Of a DNA stretch of 62,000 bases, positions 26,497 to 36,274 are shown one piece after another (positions within the stretch are counted from its first letter, which is position 1; every line of letters begins with the position of its first letter). The position numbers and the translations under genes were made by a program. The stretch covers positions 1 to 62,000 of the forward strand of contig JBKPDT010000127.1 of NCBI GenBank assembly GCA_046728035.1. Direction: 5' to 3'. The notes under the pieces are model-generated. The model was not told the origin of the DNA. It saw nothing but the letters and a program-made list of their open reading frames with translations, and did not search any database. The DNA is from Candidatus Methylomirabilota bacterium (GTDB taxonomy: Bacteria; Methylomirabilota; Methylomirabilia; Rokubacteriales; CSP1-6).

Positions 26497-27641
26497 CGGG
26501 ACGGCCACGGCGCGTCCTCATCCTCACCGCGTCCTACGGCTCGGGCCACAACCGGGTGGCCCAGACGCTCGCTGCGGAGTTCGAGCGGGCGGGGGCCACC
26601 GCTCGCGTGGTGGATCACTTCCGCGACCTCGTCCATCCCGTCTTCGACGACGCCAGCCGGGCCCTCTACTATGCGATCCTGCGGCGGACCCCGCTGCTCT
26701 GGGGCGCCGCCTACTGGCTGGGCGATCAGCTGAGCGTCTCCTCGCCGCTCCTCGTGGGGCTCAACCGGCTCGGCATGCGCAAGCTCCGCCGGCTCATGCG
26801 GGCAGAGCGACCCGACCACGTCGTGTCCGTCCACCCGACTCCGGTCGCCGCGCTCTCCGAGCTCCGCGCGCGCGGCCTCGCCATTCCGCCTCACACCACC
26901 GTCTTCACCGACTTCGTCGCGCACACCCAGTGGATCTACCCCAGCGTGGACCGCTACTGCGTCCCCGCCGAGGAGATCGCGCACGACCTCATGGCGCGCG
27001 GGGTGCCGCGGGAGCGGGTGGTCGTCACCGGCATCCCCGTCGCGCCCGAGTTCACCGTCCCCACCGATCGGGCGACCGCGCGCCTCGCCCTCGGGCTGTC
27101 GCCGCGGCTGCCCGGGCTCCTCTTCATGGACGGCTCGGGCGGGGGATTCGGGCGGCTGGAGGACGCCACGCGAAAGATCCTCGAGATGGAGGAGCCGCTA
27201 CAGGCGCTCGTGGTCACGGGCCGCGAGGAGCGCCTCGAGACCCGCCTGCGCGAGCTCGCCGCCGGCCGCGAGTCCCGTGTCAAGGTCTTCGGCTTCGTGG
27301 ACAATGTCCGCCAGCTCATGGCCGCCGCCGACTTCCTCGTCACCAAGGCGGGCGGGCTCACCCTGGGCGAGGCTCTCGCCGCCGAGCTGCCCGTCATCTC
27401 CTTCGGCTCGCTGCCGGGACAGGAGGCGCGGAACGAACGCTTCGCCGCCATGGCGGGCGTGGCCCTCGTCGCGCGCTCGGACGCCCAGCTCCATCGGGTG
27501 ATCGCAGCGGCCCTGCGGGACCCACTCCTCTTGCGCAATATCCGCGATCGCGTCCGCCTCTACCGAAGGCCGCAGGCCGCTCGCACCATCGTGGACCTCG
27601 TCCTGTCGGCCTCCTCTATCGCCAAGGAGCGCGCTTCCTGA
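26493..27641 (+). CDS. MGDG-synthase-like diacylglycerol glycosyltransferase (GT28)
   Basis: ORF 26313..27641 trimmed to GTG 26493 (GTGA overlap). RVLILTASYGSGHNRVAQTL..., C-terminal GT28 domain (LVTKAGGLTLGEALA). Confidence 0.85.
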   Translation: MTGRPRRVLILTASYGSGHNRVAQTLAAEFERAGATARVVDHFRDLVHPVFDDASRALYYAILRRTPLLWGAAYWLGDQLSVSSPLLVGLNRLGMRKLRRLMRAERPDHVVSVHPTPVAALSELRARGLAIPPHTTVFTDFVAHTQWIYPSVDRYCVPAEEIAHDLMARGVPRERVVVTGIPVAPEFTVPTDRATARLALGLSPRLPGLLFMDGSGGGFGRLEDATRKILEMEEPLQALVVTGREERLETRLRELAAGRESRVKVFGFVDNVRQLMAAADFLVTKAGGLTLGEALAAELPVISFGSLPGQEARNERFAAMAGVALVARSDAQLHRVIAAALRDPLLLRNIRDRVRLYRRPQAARTIVDLVLSASSIAKERAS

Positions 27642-28315
27642 AACCCGCCTGGCTGGCCGCCGCCCCGATCGCATGGGTGGGCTATGCCTGGGGCTCCCAT
27701 CTCTTGACACTGGGGAGCGTGTGGCGCGGGAGCGGCGCGCGCCCGCTTGCCACGCTCACCTTCGACGACGGGCCCGGCCCCGAGACGACCCCGCGCGTCC
27801 TCGACATCCTCGCCGAGCACGGCGTGCGGGGCGCCTTCTTCCTGATCGGCCGGCGCGCGGCGGCTTCCCCCGCGCTGGTGCGCCGGATCGTCGCCGAGGG
27901 CCACGACCTCGGGAACCACACGTGGAGCCACCGGTGCCTCTGGTTCTGCGGCCCCCGCGCCACGCGCCGCGAGGTCGTTGACGGCCACGACGCCATCGCC
28001 CAGGCGGCCGGGCAGGCGCCCCGCTTCTTCCGGGCGCCCTGGGGAATGACCAACCTGGCGCTCTTTCCGCTCCTCCGACGCCTCGGCACGCCGTGCGTGT
28101 TTTGGAGCGTGCAGCCCGAGGGCCGCCGCGCCGCGGACGTGGAGCTCCAGATCTCGAGGAGCCGACGCCGTGCCGCCGCCGGCGCCATCGTCGACCTGCA
28201 CGACGCCGACGGCGTCCCCGGCGCGGGCGAGCGGCTCGGCCAAGCGCTACCCGGCATCATCGCCGCGCTGCGCGGCCGGGACCTGGCCTTGGTCCCGCTC
28301 CGCGATCTGCTGTAG
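27638..28315 (+). CDS. Polysaccharide (NodB-type) deacetylase, probable CTG start
   Basis: TFDDGP, NHTWSH and RAPWG motifs. The hydrophobic N-terminus [19 protein letters not shown] precedes the first canonical start (GTG 27677). AAGGAG-N8-CTG at 27638 overlaps the GT stop (CTGA). Confidence 0.75.
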   Translation: MKPAWLAAAPIAWVGYAWGSHLLTLGSVWRGSGARPLATLTFDDGPGPETTPRVLDILAEHGVRGAFFLIGRRAAASPALVRRIVAEGHDLGNHTWSHRCLWFCGPRATRREVVDGHDAIAQAAGQAPRFFRAPWGMTNLALFPLLRRLGTPCVFWSVQPEGRRAADVELQISRSRRRAAAGAIVDLHDADGVPGAGERLGQALPGIIAALRGRDLALVPLRDLL

Positions 28316-28370
28316 AATCCTCGCACCCCGACAGGCCTGGACGCCCGAGCCCCGACAAAGGAGTCAGAAG

Positions 28371-30071
28371 ATGGCTGCCGACCCCCGGCACAAGAGTCGC
28401 ACCCTTCTCGAAGGCACCGACCGCGCGGCGGCGCGCGCGATGATGAAGGCCGTCGGCTTCACCGACGAGGACCTGGCGAGGCCCCAGATCGGCGTGGCGC
28501 ATTCCTGGATCGGGACAATGCCGTGCAACTGGAACCACCGGAAGCTCGCCGAGAAGGTCATGCAGGGAATCAGAGCCGCGGGCGGCACCCCCATCGAGGT
28601 CAACACCGTCGCCATCACCGACGGCATCACGATGGGCACCGAAGGGATGAAAGCCTCCTTGATCAGCCGAGAAGTTGTCGCCGACTCGGTGGAGCTGGTG
28701 GCGCGCGGTCACATGTTCGACGGCATCGTCACCATCTCCGGCTGTGACAAGACCATCCCGGCGATGGCCATGGTCGTGGGCCGGCTCGACCTGCCCGGCC
28801 TCATGCTCTACTGCGGCTCCATCATGTTCGGCCGCTGCGTGGGCGCCGGCGAGGACACGACCTTCGGCGGGCGGAACCTGACCATTCAGGACGTGTTCGA
28901 GGCGGTGGGCGCCTACAACGCGGGGAAGATCAGCCTGGAGGCCTTTCGCGACGTCGAGGATCACGCCTGTCCCGGCGCGGGCGCGTGCGGGGGCCAGTTC
29001 ACCGCCAATACCATGGCCACCGCCTACGAGATGCTCGGCATCTCGCCCATGGGGTGGAACGACGTGCCCGCCATCGATCCGCGCAAGGAGGAGCTCGCTT
29101 TCGAGTGCGGACGCCTCGCCATGCAGCTGGTGAAGAAGGGCGTCACCCCGCGCTCCCTCATCACGAGGAAGAGCTTCGAGAACGCCATCTCCGGCGTCAT
29201 GGCCACCGGCGGCTCCACCAACGCCGTGCTCCACCTCCTGGCCACCGCCAAGGAATTCGGTGTGCGGCTGGGAATCGACGACTTCGACCGGATCTCCAGG
29301 AAGACCCCCGTGCTGGCGGACCTCAAGCCCTGGGGCAACTACACCGCCCCCGAGATGTACGAGGCGGGCGGCATGCCGGTGGTGGGCAAGCGCCTCCTCG
29401 AGGCGGGGCTGCTCCACGCGGGCGAGAAGACAGTCACCGGACGCAGCATCGGCGACGAGGTCAAGAACGCAGCCGAGCCCGCGGGCCAGAAGGTCATCCG
29501 GCGGCTGACCGAGGCGATCAAGCCCACGGGGGGGATCGCCATCCTCCGGGGCAACCTCGCCCCCGGTGGCTGTGTGATCAAGCTGTCCGGCCAGACCAAG
29601 TACCTCCACCGCGGCCCCGCCCGGGTCTTCGAGCGAGAGGAGGACGCCTTCAGGGCGGTGAAGGAGGGCAAGATCAAGCCCAACGACGTGATCGTCATCC
29701 GCAACGAGGGGCCAAAGGGCGGCCCCGGCATGCGCGAGATGCTCCACGTCTCGGGGGCTCTTCAGGGGGCGGGCCTCGGCGATACCGTCGCGCTCATGAC
29801 CGACGGGCGGTTCTCCGGCGCCACGCATGGCTTCATGATCGCCCACATCGTGCCCGAAGCCATGGAGCGCGGGCCCATCGCGGCCGTCCGGAGCGGGGAC
29901 ATCATCAGCATCGACGTGAAGAAGCGCCGCCTCGACGTGGAGATCTCGGCGGCGGAGATGAAGAAACGGCTGGCAAAGTGGAAGGCCCCGAAGGCCCGCT
30001 ACACGAGCGGCGTCTTCCACAAGTACGCGATCACCGTCTCGAACGCGTCCGAGGGCGCCGTCACCAGCTAG
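28371..30071 (+). CDS. ilvD: Dihydroxy-acid dehydratase
   Basis: ORF 28170..30071 trimmed to ATG 28371 (AAGGAG SD). [22 protein letters not shown]..., [10 protein letters not shown]. Confidence 0.95.
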   Translation: MAADPRHKSRTLLEGTDRAAARAMMKAVGFTDEDLARPQIGVAHSWIGTMPCNWNHRKLAEKVMQGIRAAGGTPIEVNTVAITDGITMGTEGMKASLISREVVADSVELVARGHMFDGIVTISGCDKTIPAMAMVVGRLDLPGLMLYCGSIMFGRCVGAGEDTTFGGRNLTIQDVFEAVGAYNAGKISLEAFRDVEDHACPGAGACGGQFTANTMATAYEMLGISPMGWNDVPAIDPRKEELAFECGRLAMQLVKKGVTPRSLITRKSFENAISGVMATGGSTNAVLHLLATAKEFGVRLGIDDFDRISRKTPVLADLKPWGNYTAPEMYEAGGMPVVGKRLLEAGLLHAGEKTVTGRSIGDEVKNAAEPAGQKVIRRLTEAIKPTGGIAILRGNLAPGGCVIKLSGQTKYLHRGPARVFEREEDAFRAVKEGKIKPNDVIVIRNEGPKGGPGMREMLHVSGALQGAGLGDTVALMTDGRFSGATHGFMIAHIVPEAMERGPIAAVRSGDIISIDVKKRRLDVEISAAEMKKRLAKWKAPKARYTSGVFHKYAITVSNASEGAVTS

Positions 30072-30101
30072 GAGATCGCTCCAGGGCCTCTTCCGAAGCG
30101 G

Positions 30102-32138
30102 CTAGCTGATCGCGACGTCGAGCCAGCCCTCGGGGGTGACGAGCGCCCGCTCGTCCGCGCGGATCACCACCGTGGTGGTGGCGGACTCGAAGATGGCCGG
30201 CCCCTTGATCTCCTGGGCCGGCGGCAGCGCATCCATGTCGTGGACCGGCACCTCCATCCAGCGCCCGAGGTACGCCCTTCGCAGCTTGGGGGCGATGGCG
30301 GGCGGCCGCGCCGCGCGCGTCTCCTCCGAGGGCAGGGCGGGGAGGCGCCCGATCACCGCGAGGCGCGCGTTGACGAGCACCACTTCCTGGCCGGGGGCGC
30401 TGTAGGTGTAGAGGGCCTCGTGACGGGCGTGGAAGCGCGCCACCACCTGATCCATGAGGTCGGGCGCGTCCATGGCCACCCCATCCAGCGGCACCTGGAT
30501 CTCGAAGGTCTGCTCGCCGTAGCGCATGTCCACCGAGCGACGCACGGTGATCTGCCCTGCGAACCCGCCCAGCCGCTTGCGACCCTCCGCCTCCATCTCC
30601 GCGAAGCGCTCGCGCAGGCGGGCCGAGCCGATGACCCGAGCCTCCCCGACGTGGGTACGGACCATCTCGTAGCGGAGATCGGTCGCGAGCATCCCCCAGG
30701 CCGAGAGCACCGACGCCACGCGCGGGACGACGACGCGGGTGATCTCGAGCATGCGCGCCACCTGGGTGACGTGAAGGCCGGCGGCGCCCCCGAAGGCGAG
30801 GAGGGCGAATCGCCGCGGGTCGGCGCCTCGCCGCACCGACACGAGGCGGATTCCCTCCGCCATGTTGGTATTGACCACGCGGCAGATGCCCTCCGCCGCC
30901 GCCACCGCGCTCACGCCGAGCGCGCGGGCGACGCGCCCCACCGCGGTCTCCGCGGCGGCGGCGTCGAGCCGGGCGCGCCCGCCCAGGAAGTTGGCGGGAT
31001 CGAGGAGTCCCAGCGCCACGTTGGCGTCGGTGACGGTGGGCTCGACCCCACCACGTCCGTAGCAGGCGGGGCCCGGCGCGGCCCCCGCGCTCTCCGGCCC
31101 CACGTGGAGGATTCCGCCTGCATCCACGCGGGCGATGGAGCCGCCGCCGGCGCCGAGGGTATGGATGTCGATGCTCGGCAGCGCCACCTTGCTCCCGCCC
31201 ACCGCCTTGTCGCCGGTGAGGTGGGGCTCGCCACCCTCGAGCAGCGCGATGTCGGTGCTGGTGCCGCCCATGTCGAAGGTGATGAGGTTGCCCTCGTCCA
31301 GCACGCGGGCACAGTGGGCGCTGCCCGCGATGCCCCCCGCCGGGCCCGATAGCACGGCGCCGGCGGCGAGCCGAACCGAGTCGGCGATGGTCGCCACGCC
31401 GCCGTGCGACTGCATGATGAGCACCCGTCCGCGATAGCCGGCCTCGCCCAGTCGCTGCTCGAGCCGGCCGAGGTAGCCGGCGAGAACCGGGCCCACGTAG
31501 GCATTGACCACGGTCGTGCCGAAGCGCTCGTACTCCTTGATCTCCGGCAGCACCTCGGAGGACAGAGACACGTACGCGTCGGGGAGGAGCCGCGCGAGGA
31601 GCCGGCGGGTCTCCCGCTCGTGCCGGCCGTCGCGGTACGAGTGGAGATAGCACACCGCCACCGACTGCACCTTGTCGCGGGCGAGCGCGCGAATGGCCCC
31701 CTCGGCCGAGCGCCGGTCCAGCCGCGTCCCCACCTTGCCGTCGAAGCGCATGCGCTCGCGCACGTCGAGTCGCCGCGCGCGGGGGACCAGCGGCACCGGC
31801 GGCGGCATGCGGAGGTTGTAGCGGTCGTCCTTGAGCCCCTCGCGCATCTCGACGACGTCGCGGTGCCCCGCGGTGGTCAGCATGCCCACGGTGGCACCCT
31901 TGCGCTCGAGGAGGGCATTGGTCGCGACCGTCGTCCCGTGCACGATCAGCTCGGTGCGATCGAGGAGCGCCCCCGGAGTCAGGCCCAGCTCGGCGGCGAG
32001 AAGGCCGAGGCCCTCGAGCACGCCGATGGATGGGTCGGCGGGGGTCGAGGCCGACTTCGCGAGGGTGGTGCGCCCCGACTCGTCCACCGCGACCACGTCC
32101 GTGAACGTTCCGCCGACGTCGATGCCGACCCGGTACAT
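30102..32138 (-). CDS. Hydantoinase/oxoprolinase A-family protein
   Basis: MYRVGIDVGGTFTDVVAVDE... Confidence 0.92.
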   Translation of the reverse strand: MYRVGIDVGGTFTDVVAVDESGRTTLAKSASTPADPSIGVLEGLGLLAAELGLTPGALLDRTELIVHGTTVATNALLERKGATVGMLTTAGHRDVVEMREGLKDDRYNLRMPPPVPLVPRARRLDVRERMRFDGKVGTRLDRRSAEGAIRALARDKVQSVAVCYLHSYRDGRHERETRRLLARLLPDAYVSLSSEVLPEIKEYERFGTTVVNAYVGPVLAGYLGRLEQRLGEAGYRGRVLIMQSHGGVATIADSVRLAAGAVLSGPAGGIAGSAHCARVLDEGNLITFDMGGTSTDIALLEGGEPHLTGDKAVGGSKVALPSIDIHTLGAGGGSIARVDAGGILHVGPESAGAAPGPACYGRGGVEPTVTDANVALGLLDPANFLGGRARLDAAAAETAVGRVARALGVSAVAAAEGICRVVNTNMAEGIRLVSVRRGADPRRFALLAFGGAAGLHVTQVARMLEITRVVVPRVASVLSAWGMLATDLRYEMVRTHVGEARVIGSARLRERFAEMEAEGRKRLGGFAGQITVRRSVDMRYGEQTFEIQVPLDGVAMDAPDLMDQVVARFHARHEALYTYSAPGQEVVLVNARLAVIGRLPALPSEETRAARPPAIAPKLRRAYLGRWMEVPVHDMDALPPAQEIKGPAIFESATTTVVIRADERALVTPEGWLDVAIS

Positions 32139-32139
32139 G

Positions 32140-33882
32140 TTATGGCTTCCCGCGGCGGGCGGATTTGATATACGGTCGCCGCAAGCGGCGACCTTTATAG
32201 GGAGGCTTCGCTTCTTTGGAGTTGCGCGGGTTGCGCCCGTTCAACCGTGTGACGAGGCCGTTGTCGAGGTCTCGCTTCCGCGCGGCCTGGTCGCGCCGCC
32301 GTGGATCGCCGTAGCCGCCCCCGCCCGCGGACTCCACCAGGAAGACGCTGCCGGGTGGCACGGGCACCCCCACCTCCTTGGTCTTGAGGAAGCGCGTGCG
32401 CCCGCGCGCGACTATCCGATACCGGTGGGGAAGGCCGTCCTTGCCGCCGAGGATGCCGTAGGAGGGATGGCGGACGCCGTCGCCCGCCGTATTGGCGCGG
32501 CCCTCCTCGGCGGTCTCGACGCGGAGGGTGAGGAGCGAGCCCACCCCGCCCCGGTGCGCTCCGTCGCCCGCGGAGCCCGGGCGGAACTCGTGGCGCTCGA
32601 AGAAGAGCGGGAAGCGAGTCTCCGCCACCTCGACGCTCCCGAACTTGATGCCGCCGGCGGCCTGGCCCTCGCCCGCGGTCTCCCAGCCGTCGCCCGCCAC
32701 GCACGCTCCGCCGCCGCCCCGCGCGTGGAAGAGGTGCCAGATGAAGGGGCGCTGGGTGCGCGGATTCACCCCCGAGATCGCGATGCGGAACCGCCGCGAC
32801 CACCCGGCGAGGACCCGGTCGGGGCAGCTCCTGGCCAGCGCCTTGATCACCGCCTCGGCGATCTCCTGGGCGCAGTGGTTGGTGGCCAGAGTCACCGGCG
32901 CGGGTGGATACGGCCACACCACGCTCCCCTGACGCGCCTTGACCGTTACCGGCCGAAACGTGCCCTCGTTCTTGGGCGTGCGGGGATCGATGAGGTAGGC
33001 GAGGGCCATGTGGACGGCCGAGATCGTGTTCGGGTAGGACGAGTTCACGAAGCCGATGACCTGATCGTGACTCTCCGTGAGGTCCACCACGAGCGAGTCG
33101 CCCTTCTTGGTCACGGTGGCGCGGATCGCGATGTCCTCGATGCCATGCCCGTCGTCGTCGAGCACCGCCTCGCCCCGAAAGACGCCGTCCTTCCACCCGC
33201 GGATGCACGCGCGTGCCTGGCGCTCGGCGCCGTCCAGCACCTCGCCCACCGCGTCGAGCACGGTGGGCAGCCCGTACTCCTCGATCAGGCGCAGGATGCG
33301 GCGCTCGCCCATCCGCGTCGAGCCGATCATCGCGTTGAGGTCGCCCTTGAAGTCACGGGGGTGTCGCACGTTGACGGCGACCATCTCGAGCACGTCGTCG
33401 CGCAGGCCTCCCGCGTCGTAGAGCTTCAGCGGGGTGATGCGCACGCCCTCCTGCCAGATCTCGGTGGCGCCGGGGTTGTAGCCGCCGTGGGTGGCCCCCC
33501 CGATGTCGTGCTGGTGCGCGCGGTTGATAGACCAGAAGACGACCCGGCCCTCGGCGAACACGGGCAGCAGCACGGTGAGGTCGGGCAGGTGGTTGTTGCC
33601 GTGATAGGGATCGTTCAACAGGAAGAGATCGCCGGGATGGATGCGCCCGGCGAAGTACTCCGACACCGACTGCACCGCCCACGGAAGCGCGCCCACGTGG
33701 ATGGGCACGTGCTCGGCCTGGGCGGCGAGCCGGCCCTGGCCGTCGAAGACCGCGGTGGAGAAGTCCCGGCTCGAGTTGAGGATCTGGGAGTAGGCGGTGC
33801 GGAGCATCGCCTCGCCCATCTCCTGGACGATGCCCTCGAGCCGATGCTGGATCACGGATACGGTGATGCGGTCGGGTGTCAT
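32140..33882 (-). CDS. Hydantoinase B/oxoprolinase family protein with basic C-terminal tail
   Basis: ITVSVIQHRLEGIVQEMGEAMLRTAYSQILNSSRDFSTAVFD... The tail is RLNGRNPRNSKEAKPPYKGRRLRRPYIKSARRGKP. Confidence 0.9.
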   Translation of the reverse strand: MTPDRITVSVIQHRLEGIVQEMGEAMLRTAYSQILNSSRDFSTAVFDGQGRLAAQAEHVPIHVGALPWAVQSVSEYFAGRIHPGDLFLLNDPYHGNNHLPDLTVLLPVFAEGRVVFWSINRAHQHDIGGATHGGYNPGATEIWQEGVRITPLKLYDAGGLRDDVLEMVAVNVRHPRDFKGDLNAMIGSTRMGERRILRLIEEYGLPTVLDAVGEVLDGAERQARACIRGWKDGVFRGEAVLDDDGHGIEDIAIRATVTKKGDSLVVDLTESHDQVIGFVNSSYPNTISAVHMALAYLIDPRTPKNEGTFRPVTVKARQGSVVWPYPPAPVTLATNHCAQEIAEAVIKALARSCPDRVLAGWSRRFRIAISGVNPRTQRPFIWHLFHARGGGGACVAGDGWETAGEGQAAGGIKFGSVEVAETRFPLFFERHEFRPGSAGDGAHRGGVGSLLTLRVETAEEGRANTAGDGVRHPSYGILGGKDGLPHRYRIVARGRTRFLKTKEVGVPVPPGSVFLVESAGGGGYGDPRRRDQAARKRDLDNGLVTRLNGRNPRNSKEAKPPYKGRRLRRPYIKSARRGKP

Positions 33883-33891
33883 GGCGCTAAT

Positions 33892-36240
33892 CTACACGGG
33901 AAGACCGGGGCCCGGAACCGAGACATTTCGGCGCAGGGCCTCCCACACGCGGGCGGAGGTGAGCGGCACGTGGCCGATCTCGACGCCGCGGTCGGCGAGA
34001 GCGTCCTCCACCGCATTGGCGATGGCCGCGGGCGGGGCGATGATGCCACTCTCGCCGACGCCCTTGATGCCGAGGTCGTTCCGGGTCGACGGGAAGGACA
34101 GCGCGATCGCGTCCAGGGCGGGCAGGTCGGCTGCGGCGGGAATGGCGTAGTCCATGAAGGAGCCGGTGAGGAGCTGGCCGTCGGCGTCGTGGATCAGCTC
34201 CTCGCCGAGCGCGGTGCCGATCCCCTGGGCGATCCCGCCGTGGAGCTGCCCCTCGACCACCATGGGATTGATCGCGCGCCCGCAGTCGTGCACCGCCACG
34301 AGACGGAGGAGCCGCACCGCGCCGGTCTCGACGTCCACCTCCACCGCGCAGGCCTGGGCGCCGAAGGCGAAGGTCACCGACTCCGGTGAGAAGTACCCGC
34401 ACGCCTGGAGGCCCGGGTGGCCCTCGCGCGCGAAGGTCTTGCTACGCACTGCCGCCCGCGCCACCTCGCCGAGCGAGAGCCCGCGCTCGGGCATCCCCGC
34501 CACGTGGACGCGCCCGCCCGCGAGCACGACGTCCGCGGGCGCGCACTCGAGCATCTCGGCGGCGAGTCGCCGGGCCCGGGCTGCCACTTCGCGCGACGAC
34601 CTGGCGACCGCCGGCCCCGAGTTGGCGGCCACCCGGCTGCCGCCCGTCCCCATGCCGTAGGGGAGCACCGAGGTATCGCCCGCGACCACGATCACTCGAT
34701 TGGGCTCGACGCCGAGCTCGGCGGCGGCGATCTGGGCCATGGTGGTCTCGTGGGCCTGGCCCTGCGAGGAGACCCCGATGAAGACGTGGACCGTCCCGCC
34801 GCCGTCCACGCGGACGTCGGCGCCCTCGAAGGGCCCCACGCCCGTGCCCTGCACATAGCAGGCAAGCCCCACGCCGATGGGTATCGCGCCCCCGCCGCGC
34901 TCGGCCTGTCGGCGCCGCCAGTCCGCATAGCCGAAGGCTTCGAGCAGCCGCTCGAATGCGGCCGGATAGTCGGCGGGGTCGTAGGACACCGGGGTGCCGT
35001 CGCGATAGACGAGCCCGGTGCGATGGGGCATCGCGTCGGGAGGGATGAGGTTCCGGCGGCGCATCTCCGCGGGGTCGAGGCGGAGGCGGCGGGCGGCGCG
35101 ATCGATCAGCCGCTCCATCACGAAGGCCGCTTCCGGCCGACCCGAGCCGCGATAGGCCCCGCCGAAGAGGGTATGCGTCACCACGTTCTCGCCCGAGGCT
35201 CCGAGATGGCCCACGCGGTAGGGACCGGGCAGATGGTTGATGGTGTTCCGCGTGATCACCTCCCCGAGCGGCATGTAGGCACCGTGATCGCGCTCGAACC
35301 TGGTCTCGATGGCCACGATGCGGCCCTCGCGGTCCACGCCCATCCGCGCGCGATGGCGCTGGCCGCGGTCGGGGGAGCCGGTGAGGAAGTGCTCCCGCCG
35401 CGACTCCGCCCATTTCACGGGGCGCCCGAGCCGGCGGGCCGCCGCGGCGAGGATGATGTCCTCGGCATAGGTATGGCCCTTGATGCCGAAGCCGCCGCCC
35501 GAATCGGTGCAGATGATCCGCACGCTCTCTTCCGGGAGGGCGAGCGCGCCCGCGATGGCGGCGCGGAGGCCGTAGGGCGTCTGGCTCGGGATCCAGACGG
35601 TGAAGCGGCCGTCGGGTCCCTCCGGAATCACGAGGAGCCCGCGCGGCTCGATGGGGGCGCCGGCGACTCGCGCGAGGGCCAGCTCCGCCTCGACCACGAC
35701 GTGGGCCGTCGCCAGCGCGGCCTCCGGCTCGCCCACCTGGGCGGTCGACAGACCCGCGACGTTGTCGGGCCACGCGTCGAATACGCGGGGCGCGCCGGCG
35801 GCGGTGGCGGCGGCGAGCCCGGCGGATGCCGGCAGCGGCGTGTAGTCGACCTCCACCACCTCCGCGGCGTCGGTGGCGAGATACGGCTCCCCGGCGAGGA
35901 CCACCGCCACCACCTCGCCCGTGTGACGGACCACGGGATCGGCGAAGATGGATTGCGGCGCGGCCCGGAAGGACCCGGGCGCGGGCGTGGCGGCGGGGAT
36001 GGGTCGCGTGCACTCGGGCAGGTCGGCGAGGGTGAACACCGCCGCCACGCCGGCCATGGCCCGGGCGGCGCTGGCGTCGATGCGCTCGACGCGCGCGTGC
36101 GCGTGCGGGCTCCGGACGAAGGCGGCATGCAGGACGTCCGAAGCGCGGAGGTCGTCCACGTAGCGTCCGCGTCCGGTGATGAGGCGGTGGTCTTCCTTGC
36201 GACGCGTGGACTGGCCGAAGGGCGTAGCCATGGCGGACAC
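33892..36240 (-). CDS. Molybdopterin-binding large subunit of xanthine dehydrogenase/CoxL family (form-II-like AYRGSGR)
   Basis: RRKEDHRLITGRGRYVDD N-terminus. GGAYRGSGRPEA. GTG 36240 or ATG 36231 start. Confidence 0.9.
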   Translation of the reverse strand: MSAMATPFGQSTRRKEDHRLITGRGRYVDDLRASDVLHAAFVRSPHAHARVERIDASAARAMAGVAAVFTLADLPECTRPIPAATPAPGSFRAAPQSIFADPVVRHTGEVVAVVLAGEPYLATDAAEVVEVDYTPLPASAGLAAATAAGAPRVFDAWPDNVAGLSTAQVGEPEAALATAHVVVEAELALARVAGAPIEPRGLLVIPEGPDGRFTVWIPSQTPYGLRAAIAGALALPEESVRIICTDSGGGFGIKGHTYAEDIILAAAARRLGRPVKWAESRREHFLTGSPDRGQRHRARMGVDREGRIVAIETRFERDHGAYMPLGEVITRNTINHLPGPYRVGHLGASGENVVTHTLFGGAYRGSGRPEAAFVMERLIDRAARRLRLDPAEMRRRNLIPPDAMPHRTGLVYRDGTPVSYDPADYPAAFERLLEAFGYADWRRRQAERGGGAIPIGVGLACYVQGTGVGPFEGADVRVDGGGTVHVFIGVSSQGQAHETTMAQIAAAELGVEPNRVIVVAGDTSVLPYGMGTGGSRVAANSGPAVARSSREVAARARRLAAEMLECAPADVVLAGGRVHVAGMPERGLSLGEVARAAVRSKTFAREGHPGLQACGYFSPESVTFAFGAQACAVEVDVETGAVRLLRLVAVHDCGRAINPMVVEGQLHGGIAQGIGTALGEELIHDADGQLLTGSFMDYAIPAAADLPALDAIALSFPSTRNDLGIKGVGESGIIAPPAAIANAVEDALADRGVEIGHVPLTSARVWEALRRNVSVPGPGLPV

Positions 36241-36274
36241 GGAGTATAGCGTATCGCGATGCTAAGATAGCCGC

